Part shown: in pieces, positions 44,598 to 52,809 of the stretch
Layout of the letters: every line of letters begins with the position of its first letter
Position numbering within the stretch: position 1 is the first letter of the stretch
Assembly: GCA_905236755.1 (NCBI GenBank)
Contig: CAJOCR010000003.1
Location: forward strand, 77,550-141,549
Reading direction: 5' to 3'
Length of the DNA stretch: 64,000 bases
From: an uncultured Prevotella sp.
GTDB taxonomy: Bacteria > Bacteroidota > Bacteroidia > Bacteroidales > Bacteroidaceae
The notes under the pieces: generated by a model
Told to the model about the DNA's origin: nothing
Databases searched by the model: none
What the model saw: the letters and a program-made list of their open reading frames with translations, nothing else
Program-made: the position numbers and the translations under genes

Positions 44598-44617
44598 GTA
44601 TATTTTTATATCATATA

Positions 44618-46612
44618 TCAGAAGAAAAAGGTTTTGAGCGCACGGAACATAGCCTTTCCGCCTTCTGCTGATGCTTGTGCCTCTTCTATTTCATGGTCTA
44701 TAGCCTCGTATTTACTAACCTTTGATTTATACTCAGGCACAATTAACTTCATCTTGCGTACAATAGCCATATCATCAAAACTATGAGAAAGTTCAAGGAG
44801 TTCCTCCTCATTAGCACAGGCAGTTATATAATCGTACTCACGAACTTTAGCAACTTTTATCTTTGGATTAGTTGTTGATATTGTATTCTCTTTATCAAAG
44901 AGCACCTCCTCATACAATTTCTCTCCATCACGCAAACCAGTGAACTTAATATCGATATTCTTTGCACCAGAAAGAGCAATCATACGTTTAGCAAGATTAA
45001 CAATCTTAACTGGCTTACCCATATCAAAGAGGAATATCTCACCTCCTCTACCCATGGTTCCTGCTTCAAGAACAAGCTTACATGCTTCAGGAATAAGCAT
45101 AAAGAAACGAATAATATCAGGATGGGTTACTGTGATTGGACCGCCCTGTCGGATTTGTTCCTTGAACAATGGAATTACAGAACCATTAGAACCAAGAACA
45201 TTACCAAAACGAGTGGTAACAAACTGGGTAACGCCCTCAACCTTACCCTCAACAATTGCCTTATTAAGCGATTGACAGTATATCTCACAGATACGCTTTG
45301 AGCATCCCATAACATTTGTTGGATTAACAGCCTTGTCTGTTGAAATCATAACAAATTTCTTTGTACCATATTTAACTGCAAGATCTGCAATTATACGAGT
45401 TCCATGAATATTGTTCTGAACTGCCATAGCTGGATTATTCTCCATCATTGGCACATGCTTATAGGCTGCTGCATGGAAAACATAATCAGGACGATGCTCA
45501 GCGAAAATTTTCTCCATAAAAGGCCAGTTGGTAATACTTGCCACAATAGTCTCGCTTTTAATAAAAGCATATTCCTTTGCCATGAGCAAGCGAAGATCAT
45601 GAGATGGTGTTTCTGCTTGATCTATAAGTATCATCTCTGCAGGATGATAAGCAGCTGCCTGACGCACAATCTCTGATCCGATAGAACCAGCAGCACCCGT
45701 AATAAGTATTTTCTTATCTTTTAATAGGGCACCAATGGCATCCATATCAACTTCTATCTTATCACGAGGAAGAAGATCTTCGATATCTACTTCTTTTAAT
45801 TGCTCTTGCTCTATTTCAGTCTTTCCATCCCACTCTTCAGGATGTGGCATCATTATAATCTTTATGCCAGCCTCAATAAGTTCATTAATTAATGCCTCTT
45901 GCTCACGGAAATAATCAGTTTGCAGTGGAGACACAAGAACCGCTTTAATATCGTTATCTACAAGGTAAGACACAGTTGTAGCATCAACATCTATCACCTT
46001 AGAACCCATAAGATAACCACCAGACAATTCGCCATCAGGAGAAATAAAACCATTAATATGATAGCGCTGAGGCATTTGGTTGTTGATCATCTTTGCAATT
46101 CCAACAGCTCCACAACGAACACCATAGATAACAACTTTATAATCTGATTCTGAATTTCTAAAGTAGTCATACATTGCTTTTACTGTCACACGAACTATCT
46201 CAATAGCAAGAGTAGAAAGGGCAAATACACTCAAACTACCACGAAAATCTGGCATATCAAAATAATCAGAAAAGCCAAAATATGTAACAAGGAGATATGT
46301 AAGGTATGACAAAACAGTTCCCGCAAATGTAGCAAGCATGATACGCTGAAGATCTATAAAAGAAGAAAAGCGAACTATACCACTATATGTATGGAATTTA
46401 CGGAAACAGATTACGTATAAAAATAGCGTAAGTAAGGAACCTCTGGTAACAGGCCAAAAGTGACTTGTGAATTCAGATCCACCTACTTCAAGATACTTTA
46501 CCAGATAGCAGAAAAAAACAACAAATATGCTATCAATAAAGAGAATACACCAATAAGGCAACGCTCTACGACTGAAGTACCAGTTAGCAATATGATTTAG
46601 TATATGAGTCAC
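44618..46612 (-). CDS. Nucleoside-diphosphate-sugar epimerase/dehydratase (CapD/PglF/WbpM family)
   Basis: N-terminal TM segments, LITGAAGSIGSE, FHAAAYKHVP.ME, ISTDKAVNPTNVMGCSKR, RFGNVLGSNGSVIP. GTG start. Confidence 0.93.
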   Translation of the reverse strand: MTHILNHIANWYFSRRALPYWCILFIDSIFVVFFCYLVKYLEVGGSEFTSHFWPVTRGSLLTLFLYVICFRKFHTYSGIVRFSSFIDLQRIMLATFAGTVLSYLTYLLVTYFGFSDYFDMPDFRGSLSVFALSTLAIEIVRVTVKAMYDYFRNSESDYKVVIYGVRCGAVGIAKMINNQMPQRYHINGFISPDGELSGGYLMGSKVIDVDATTVSYLVDNDIKAVLVSPLQTDYFREQEALINELIEAGIKIIMMPHPEEWDGKTEIEQEQLKEVDIEDLLPRDKIEVDMDAIGALLKDKKILITGAAGSIGSEIVRQAAAYHPAEMILIDQAETPSHDLRLLMAKEYAFIKSETIVASITNWPFMEKIFAEHRPDYVFHAAAYKHVPMMENNPAMAVQNNIHGTRIIADLAVKYGTKKFVMISTDKAVNPTNVMGCSKRICEIYCQSLNKAIVEGKVEGVTQFVTTRFGNVLGSNGSVIPLFKEQIRQGGPITVTHPDIIRFFMLIPEACKLVLEAGTMGRGGEIFLFDMGKPVKIVNLAKRMIALSGAKNIDIKFTGLRDGEKLYEEVLFDKENTISTTNPKIKVAKVREYDYITACANEEELLELSHSFDDMAIVRKMKLIVPEYKSKVSKYEAIDHEIEEAQASAEGGKAMFRALKTFFF

Positions 46613-46799
46613 TATGCGAAATAATTTTATTTTTCAAATTATGTGTTCTTAGTTTACAAAATTAGAGATTATATATGAAACCTGCAAGAGAAATGAGGAG
46701 AAAAAACTAAAAATGTGCGCAAAAACGGGAAAAAAGATGAAAAAAAATGCTCAATAGAATAATAACATCTAACATTTAACACCTCGTAAAGTGAGGAAA

Positions 46800-46833
46800 C
46801 AAAAAAAAAGGTTGCAACAAAATTGCAACCTTT
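46800..46833 (-). terminator. Terminator of the rpmB-rpmG-bL38 operon
   Basis: AAAGGTTGCAA-CAAAA-TTGCAACCTTT with an upstream A-run, which is the U-tract on minus. Confidence 0.8.
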
Positions 46834-46856
46834 ATTAATATAGTATCTTTTAGAAA

Positions 46857-47015
46857 TTACTTCTTAAAGAAATCCTTAACAGCCTCATTAGGTACCATCT
46901 TCTCGTCGAAAATGTAAGCACCAGTCTTAGGGCTCTTAACCATCTTGATTACTTTTGAGTATGCGCGACCATCCGAAGAGCCTTCATGGAGGGTAGCGAC
47001 CGCTTTCTTTGCCAT
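46857..47015 (-). CDS. DUF4295 / 50S ribosomal protein bL38 (below the ORF-track cut-off)
   Basis: MAKKAVATLHEGSSDGRAYSKVIKMVKSPKTGAYIFDEKMVPNEAVKDFFKK (52 aa), directly after rpmG. Confidence 0.88.
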   Translation of the reverse strand: MAKKAVATLHEGSSDGRAYSKVIKMVKSPKTGAYIFDEKMVPNEAVKDFFKK

Positions 47016-47041
47016 ATTATTATATGAATTTTAAAGGGTTA

Positions 47042-47230
47042 TTACTTAATCTCCTTGTGAAGAGTCATCTTCTTGAGGATAGGATTATACTTCATGAGCT
47101 CAAGACGCTCAGGAGTATTCTTACGATTCTTTGTTGTAACGTAACGGCTTGTACCTGGCATACCTGAGTTCTTCATTTCTGTGCACTCGAGGATAACCTG
47201 TACTCTATTTCCTTTAGCTTTCTTTGCCAT
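47042..47230 (-). CDS. rpmG: 50S ribosomal protein L33
   Basis: [41 protein letters not shown]. Confidence 0.97.
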   Translation of the reverse strand: MAKKAKGNRVQVILECTEMKNSGMPGTSRYVTTKNRKNTPERLELMKYNPILKKMTLHKEIK

Positions 47231-47235
47231 GATAA

Positions 47236-47499
47236 TTATTCTCCTATAACTTTAATGTCCTTCCAATCGCAGTAGCCCTTAGATACAGCCTGCTTAAGGG
47301 CAGCATCAAGACCTACCTTATTAATAAGACGAAGACCAGCTGCACTGATCTTGAGGCTAATCCAGCAACCTTCTTCTACATAGTAGAACTTCTTGCTGAA
47401 GAGGTTAACATCAAAGCTTCTCTTTGTACGGTGCTTTGAGTGAGACACATTACAACCTAACTGTGCCTTCTTACCTGTAATCTGACAAATCTTAGACAT
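47236..47499 (-). CDS. rpmB: 50S ribosomal protein L28
   Basis: [10 protein letters not shown]...[16 protein letters not shown]. Confidence 0.97.
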   Translation of the reverse strand: MSKICQITGKKAQLGCNVSHSKHRTKRSFDVNLFSKKFYYVEEGCWISLKISAAGLRLINKVGLDAALKQAVSKGYCDWKDIKVIGE

Positions 47500-47551
47500 T
47501 GCTATCTTTAATTTTTGATTTCTAACTTTGATACTTATTCCAAACAGGGTG

Positions 47552-47559
47552 CAAAATTA
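47552..47559 (-). promoter_or_regulatory. -7 box of rpmB
   Basis: TAATTTTG followed by CAC on the minus strand. Confidence 0.6.
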
Positions 47560-47623
47560 CAAATATTTTTGAAATACACAAAATAATTGCATAAAGAATT
47601 GCGAGATTTAAGCATTTTTTACG

Positions 47624-48142
47624 TTAATCGTTTTCTTCTGCAATATTTTTGATACCTTCAGACTGCACAAAGTCAAGAAATAAACGAAGAGCCTTATTTG
47701 TAGCAATGGATAGATTTATGTCGCGACCAAAGTCTTCTTCAAGCTTGAATGTCTGCACATTATCCTTACTACCATAGCCCAACCAGATTGTTCCAACAGG
47801 GATTTCCTCTGTACCACCACCTGGACCAGCAATACCTGTAGCTGAAATAGCATAATCAACATTAAGGGTTTCACATGCGCCCTTCACCAGTTGAATAGCA
47901 ACTTCCTCACTAACAGCAGTCTTCTCTTCGAGTGTTTCATGACTTACATGAAGAAGACGCTCTTTGACTTCGTTTGTGTAGCAAACAATACCACCCTTAA
48001 AATAATTACTTGCACCAGGAACAGCTATAATTGCCTGAGCAATACGACCACCAGTACAGCTCTCAGCAGTACCAAGAGTCTTATTATTATCATAGAGATA
48101 TTGTTGAATCTCCTTACTTAATACTTTTGATTCTAAACCCAT
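47624..48142 (-). CDS. pncC: CinA C-terminal / NMN deamidase
   Basis: TAESCTGG, PGASNYFKGG, AVSEEVA, TGIAGPGGG...PVGT. Confidence 0.85.
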   Translation of the reverse strand: MGLESKVLSKEIQQYLYDNNKTLGTAESCTGGRIAQAIIAVPGASNYFKGGIVCYTNEVKERLLHVSHETLEEKTAVSEEVAIQLVKGACETLNVDYAISATGIAGPGGGTEEIPVGTIWLGYGSKDNVQTFKLEEDFGRDINLSIATNKALRLFLDFVQSEGIKNIAEEND

Positions 48143-48158
48143 GATTTTACGTTCAATG

Positions 48159-49199
48159 TTATTTGAATGTTACTTTTGAGAAAGCAGGAAGGTCAATAGA
48201 CGCAAAGTCCTTATCCATATATTTATATGTACCAACAGCTGCAATCATTGCTGCATTATCTGTTGTATAACTAAATTTAGGAATATATATTGTCCATCCG
48301 TACTTAACAGCATGTTCCTGAAAAGAGGCACGTAGAACGGAGTTTGCCGACACGCCGCCCGCAACAGCAACATGTTTGATTCCAGTCTGCTTTACAGCAA
48401 GACGAAGTTTCTTCATAAGGATATCAACAATAGTGTATTCAAGACTTGCACATATATCCTCCTTGTGATGTTCTATGAAATCAGGATCTTCAGCTATCCA
48501 CTTACGCATATTGTAAAGGAAAGATGTCTTAAGACCTGAGAAGCTATAGTTCAGACCTGGTATGTGTGGTTCAGAGAACTTATAAGCTTTTGGATTTCCA
48601 TTTTTTCCTAAGCGATCAATAATAGGTCCTCCTGGATAGCCTAAGCCCATTACCTTTGAACACTTATCAATAGCCTCACCAGCAGCGTCATCGATAGTCT
48701 GACCAAGAACCTCCATATCATTATAGGCATTAACCTTAACGATCTGTGAGTTACCACCTGACACTAACAGACAAAGGAATGGGAATGGTGGCATATGATT
48801 GTCATCATCACTTTCCTTAATAAAGTGAGCCATTACATGTCCCTGAAGGTGATTAACATCAATAAGAGGTATTTCAAGAGAACGTGCAAAACCCTTTGCA
48901 AAGTTAACACCAACGAGAAGTGAACCCATAAGTCCCGGGCCACGTGTAAAAGCTATAGCAGAAAGTTGTTCTTTTGTTATCCCTGCACGTTTGATAGCCT
49001 GATCAACAACAGGTACAACATTCTGCTGATGAGCACGTGAAGCTAACTCTGGCACTACTCCACCATAAGCCTTATGAACTTCTTGAGAAGCAGTAACATT
49101 ACTAAGCAGTACTCCATTACGAAGAACCGCTGCTGACGTATCGTCACACGACGACTCTATACCTAAAATATAAATATCCTGCATATAATACTCCTCCAC
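48159..49199 (-). CDS. tsaD: tRNA N6-threonylcarbamoyladenosine synthase
   Basis: ILGIESSCDDT, GGVVPELASRAH, VNHLQGH, LVSGG, DDAAGEA.DK, GGVSANS, TDNAAMIA. Confidence 0.97.
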   Translation of the reverse strand: MEEYYMQDIYILGIESSCDDTSAAVLRNGVLLSNVTASQEVHKAYGGVVPELASRAHQQNVVPVVDQAIKRAGITKEQLSAIAFTRGPGLMGSLLVGVNFAKGFARSLEIPLIDVNHLQGHVMAHFIKESDDDNHMPPFPFLCLLVSGGNSQIVKVNAYNDMEVLGQTIDDAAGEAIDKCSKVMGLGYPGGPIIDRLGKNGNPKAYKFSEPHIPGLNYSFSGLKTSFLYNMRKWIAEDPDFIEHHKEDICASLEYTIVDILMKKLRLAVKQTGIKHVAVAGGVSANSVLRASFQEHAVKYGWTIYIPKFSYTTDNAAMIAAVGTYKYMDKDFASIDLPAFSKVTFK

Positions 49200-50062
49200 T
49201 ACTCTGACAGAACTTCAACACCAGTTTCTGTCATAAGGAATGTATGTTCCCACTGAGCAGATGGTTTTTCATCGCCAGTGATAACCTCCCAACCATATGG
49301 ATCATCTGCATCAACAAACACTTTCCATGTACCCATATTAACCATTGGTTCTATAGTAAACACCATTCCTGGGACAAGTAACATTCCTGTGCCACGATGA
49401 CCATAATGAACGATATCAGGTTCTTCATGCATAGCAAGTCCAACGCCATGACCACAAAGATCGCGAACGATACCATAGTGATATTTCTCAGCATGTTTCT
49501 GAATAGCGTGACCAATATCGCCTACAAAACAATATGGTTTAGCAGCCTCAGCACCAATCTCAAGACATTCTTTTGCCACACGTACAAGCTGTTCCTTTTC
49601 TGGAGTAGTTTTCCCTCCAATAATAAACATACGTGAGGCATCACCATAGAAACCATTATAATCAATGGTCATGTCAACATTAACGATATCACCCTCCTGA
49701 AGAACATCTTCTTTCTTAGGAATACCATGACACACAACCTCGTTAATGCTGGTACAAACTGATTTAGGAAATCCCTCATAATTAAGGCAAGAAGGATGAC
49801 AGTTATGCTCCTCACAATACTGCATACAGATATCATCGATATCCTGAGTGGTCATTCCGGGACGAATGGCTGCTGCCACAGCGTCGAGGCAGCCTGTATT
49901 TAATTTGCCAGCAATACGTATTCCTTCTATTACTTCAGGAGTACGAATCATATCACGGGTAGGAACTTCCTTACCCTTATTTTCCCAATACATTACTCTC
50001 TTGTCAAGTTCTGTAGGTTCTTGACCAGGAAGGCAATGCCATCTTCTTTTCTTCTTAAACAT
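49199..50062 (-). CDS. map: Methionine aminopeptidase type I
   Basis: CTSINEVVCHGIP, DIVNVD, GDASRM, GHGVG...HEEP, FTIEPM, SAQWEHT. Confidence 0.96.
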   Translation of the reverse strand: MFKKKRRWHCLPGQEPTELDKRVMYWENKGKEVPTRDMIRTPEVIEGIRIAGKLNTGCLDAVAAAIRPGMTTQDIDDICMQYCEEHNCHPSCLNYEGFPKSVCTSINEVVCHGIPKKEDVLQEGDIVNVDMTIDYNGFYGDASRMFIIGGKTTPEKEQLVRVAKECLEIGAEAAKPYCFVGDIGHAIQKHAEKYHYGIVRDLCGHGVGLAMHEEPDIVHYGHRGTGMLLVPGMVFTIEPMVNMGTWKVFVDADDPYGWEVITGDEKPSAQWEHTFLMTETGVEVLSE

Positions 50063-50087
50063 AAGCTTATATTCTACAATTGTGCTG

Positions 50088-50162
50088 CAAAGTTAGTGCA
50101 AACGAGTGGAATAACAAAATAAAACTTGTTTTTTATTTTGGATTCCCGAGTGCAGCCTAACT
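50088..50162. repeat. Nested stem-loop element overlapping the map -7 box
   Basis: AGTTAG..GGAAT..CAAAATAAAA-CTTGTT-TTTTATTTTG..ATTCC..CTAACT. CAAAGTTA at 50088-50095 is TAACTTTG on minus. Confidence 0.65.
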
Positions 50163-50185
50163 TCAGCGAAGCTAAAGGTATAAAA

Positions 50186-50250
50186 AATGTGGAATGTGGA
50201 ATTATTCGTCCTACGGATGATGAATGATTAATGATGAGGAGTTAATAATG
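50186..50250. repeat. Heptamer repeats with TCGTCC-TAC-GGATGA mini-hairpin
   Basis: AATGTGG AATGTGG AATTA, the hairpin, then TAATGA(T/G)GAG units. Confidence 0.6.
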
Positions 50251-50252
50251 AG

Positions 50253-50290
50253 AAAAAGGGCAAGAAGATAAAACATTACCTTCTTACCCT
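50253..50290 (-). terminator. Probable terminator of the ECF operon
   Basis: AGGGCAAGAAG...CTTCTTACCCT with an A-run on the left. Confidence 0.5.
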
Positions 50291-50337
50291 AACTTTTTAG
50301 CGCCATGCGCCAATATCAAACATATTATATTGTTGGC

Positions 50338-51219
50338 TTAGAGAAAAACGCCAAACGAGAGAGTCTTAAACTTTGGACCATATCCATCCTCTATAATACT
50401 ACAAGGAGAATACTTAACATAGAAATTCAGACAATGACGTAAATATACTGTTGCCATAAAATCGACTGTCACGGGAGTGAGATGCACCTTTGTAAAGGTA
50501 TCCTTATATTTTTCCCCATTCACTGTGTAACGAGTCTTCAAACTGCCATAGGTGTTGAGATTGACAACAGGTCCGAAAGCAAAGCCTACATTCTTTGTTG
50601 TGTATTGATAAAGAATTGGGAAGTTAACACTAAAGACTTTGATACGCGACCATTTAGGTTGTGCTCCTTCTGGATATTTTGTTATCTCTATCTTATTATC
50701 TTCTCCTGTCTCCAAGAAACGATAAGAATCGTTGATACGCCAGTTACGCCAATCAAGACCAACACCCAAAGAGACAGCATGACCATTATCCCAAGGACGA
50801 TATACATAATTGCCTACGAGCCACCACAATTCCCACGACTGGAACGGACGTACATCAGCCTCATCAGGCATTCCTGGTGCAAGATTCCAACCGACAAACA
50901 AAGTAGTCTCAAGAGATGTGCGGGTGTAATCTCTGTTTTTCTTAAAGTGTCCGAAGGCAAAAGAAAAATCATCAGGATTGATATTTGTTTCTGACACATA
51001 GTTACTATCTACAAGCTGAATCTTACTCTCGTACTTATAGCCCGGATCGTTCTGTGCCCCTTCTATTCTTACCTGCTGCAACGAGTCGTTAGTAACAATA
51101 ATCACCTTTCGAGGATTATTTACTACAACAGTATCATTCTCTATACTTTCAGCAGCAAAACTATTGCTTGCCAACAGCAACATAAAAAGAAATGTTAGCT
51201 TTTTCATATTTAGTTTCAT
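50338..51219 (-). CDS. Outer-membrane beta-barrel domain protein
   Basis: Signal peptide, GVGLDWRNW, VAFGPVVNLN-like strands, terminal LSFGVFL. Confidence 0.7.
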   Translation of the reverse strand: MKLNMKKLTFLFMLLLASNSFAAESIENDTVVVNNPRKVIIVTNDSLQQVRIEGAQNDPGYKYESKIQLVDSNYVSETNINPDDFSFAFGHFKKNRDYTRTSLETTLFVGWNLAPGMPDEADVRPFQSWELWWLVGNYVYRPWDNGHAVSLGVGLDWRNWRINDSYRFLETGEDNKIEITKYPEGAQPKWSRIKVFSVNFPILYQYTTKNVGFAFGPVVNLNTYGSLKTRYTVNGEKYKDTFTKVHLTPVTVDFMATVYLRHCLNFYVKYSPCSIIEDGYGPKFKTLSFGVFL

Positions 51220-51647
51220 TTTATTAAGTTTCTAAGTTCGAAAATATCTTTTGCCCATCCTTCCATATAAATAACCACAACCTCTACTCCCGTTCGCTTT
51301 TCTTGCGACACATAACAGAGAAATCGGTTTTGCTTATCAGCAGACTTAAACTGAACTATTCGAGTTGTCTTCTTTCCCTGCAGGTTTTTCCATTCCTGCA
51401 CAGGAGAATCACGACTAATCAGTTCTTTTACTTCTTCATTCTGCTGCTGTGAGGCTACAAACTTAAAACTGTGGTAATAGTTAAGTTTATATTTACTTAC
51501 CGACTTACCCTTGATCTTTATCTCTACCCCATTACGCATAGGAACGATCTTGCCTGTAAAGATTTCATTAATATGTAATCCTTGCTGAGCATGAACGCTA
51601 AGCGTTGAGAGAAATATTGCGATAAAAACTATTATTCTTTTAATCAT
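51216..51647 (-). CDS. Exported protein, DUF6108/DUF4252-like
   Basis: Signal peptide (VHAQQ), YLCY-like RFLCY and VIYMEG; position in an ECF locus. Confidence 0.55.
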   Translation of the reverse strand: MIKRIIVFIAIFLSTLSVHAQQGLHINEIFTGKIVPMRNGVEIKIKGKSVSKYKLNYYHSFKFVASQQQNEEVKELISRDSPVQEWKNLQGKKTTRIVQFKSADKQNRFLCYVSQEKRTGVEVVVIYMEGWAKDIFELRNLIK

Positions 51648-51668
51648 ATCTTTTTTCGTTTACGTGTA

Positions 51669-52175
51669 TCAATTCATTGAAGAAAAAGCATCTTTCAGCT
51701 GACTATCAACAGTTTCATTATTAGCTGCAACGTCATTAAGTGTTGAAGCCACCTCGTGCATTACCACCTGCTCGCTTGTTACATGCTTACCATAAATATA
51801 TGCCTCACAATATTCTGTTTCAGAATTAGAAAAAACATATATTCCTGCAAGTAGGAACACAAATACCGCAATAGCTGCTATTGAAACAAACTGTCGGATA
51901 GTGATATTACGAGTCTTGGGCTTTATCTCTACAACAAGAGGCTGCTCCTCTGTAGGAATACTGTTTTGAGAAACAGATTCGTGTTCTTTCTCAGAATCAG
52001 AGAACTGCAGTTGATCAAAAGAAAGAAACATCTCTTTATATTCCTGCAGTTCAGGAGCTATATTCTCATTTTGAAAATAAGAATACAGTCTTCTCTCTTC
52101 CTGCAAACTTGTTTCGCCTTCAAGGAAGCGTTCTATCAATACTTGTATGTCGTGAGTTTTCTCCATTGTCATCAA
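51669..52175 (-). CDS. Short single-TM anti-sigma factor
   Basis: LIERFLEGETSLQEERRLYSYF motif and one TM (SIAAIAVFVFLLAGI); directly follows the sigma gene. Confidence 0.75.
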   Translation of the reverse strand: MMTMEKTHDIQVLIERFLEGETSLQEERRLYSYFQNENIAPELQEYKEMFLSFDQLQFSDSEKEHESVSQNSIPTEEQPLVVEIKPKTRNITIRQFVSIAAIAVFVFLLAGIYVFSNSETEYCEAYIYGKHVTSEQVVMHEVASTLNDVAANNETVDSQLKDAFSSMN

Positions 52176-52640
52176 CTATTTACGATTTAAATACTGTGCC
52201 TTAATAGCCTTACGAGCTCTACTTAAAGCTTTTCTTACTGCAACCTCATTGCTACCTATCAGTTCTGCTATCTGTTGCATCTCCATCCCCTCCATGTGTC
52301 GCAAACGAAGAATTGTCTGTTGCATCGTGGGTAATGTGTTCATTATTGAGAGGATGTGTTCCAGACGTTCGTCTTCCACCGAGGGTTCATCATAGAAAAC
52401 ATCGCTAACAGATATAGTCACTGGCCGTCGTCTGAGAATATCAACACAATGATTTCTTACGAGTACAGAAGCAAAACTGTTGAGTGGAAAGCGCAACTCG
52501 TCACGCATCTGCCATAGCTTCAGCAGTATGTCTTGCACAATATCCTCAGCCTCATCAAAATCGCTGAGATATTGCCGGGCGGTATTAATCATAAGCTGAC
52601 GAATACGCTTTGCCTCCGTTTTAAACTCGTTTTCGGTCAT
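52176..52640 (-). CDS. ECF RNA polymerase sigma factor
   Basis: EAEDIVQDILLKLW, LVRNHCVD.LR, LP..Q..IL.LR..EG....IAE..G.....V...LSRARK. Confidence 0.93.
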   Translation of the reverse strand: MTENEFKTEAKRIRQLMINTARQYLSDFDEAEDIVQDILLKLWQMRDELRFPLNSFASVLVRNHCVDILRRRPVTISVSDVFYDEPSVEDERLEHILSIMNTLPTMQQTILRLRHMEGMEMQQIAELIGSNEVAVRKALSRARKAIKAQYLNRK

Positions 52641-52734
52641 TGTTTGTATTGATTTTCATGATTAGTACGCATAAGTATCATATTTGTGACACAAAAACAA
52701 TATCTTTTTTGTCAATAAACATATTGTTTACTAA

Positions 52735-52784
52735 AACAAAAAAGGTGAAAGGGCGTATTTTTATCTATACATAAGCCTTTCACC
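52735..52784 (-). terminator. Terminator after metH
   Basis: GGTGAAAGG(G)C...GCCTTTCACC stem with an A-run on the left. Confidence 0.6.
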
Positions 52785-52809
52785 ATGTATTCTATAAATC
52801 CTTCTAATG

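Noticed and set aside
50338-52640. ECF sigma / anti-sigma / exported protein / beta-barrel operon as novel
   Set aside because: It is a common Bacteroidetes arrangement with nothing unusual visible in this copy.
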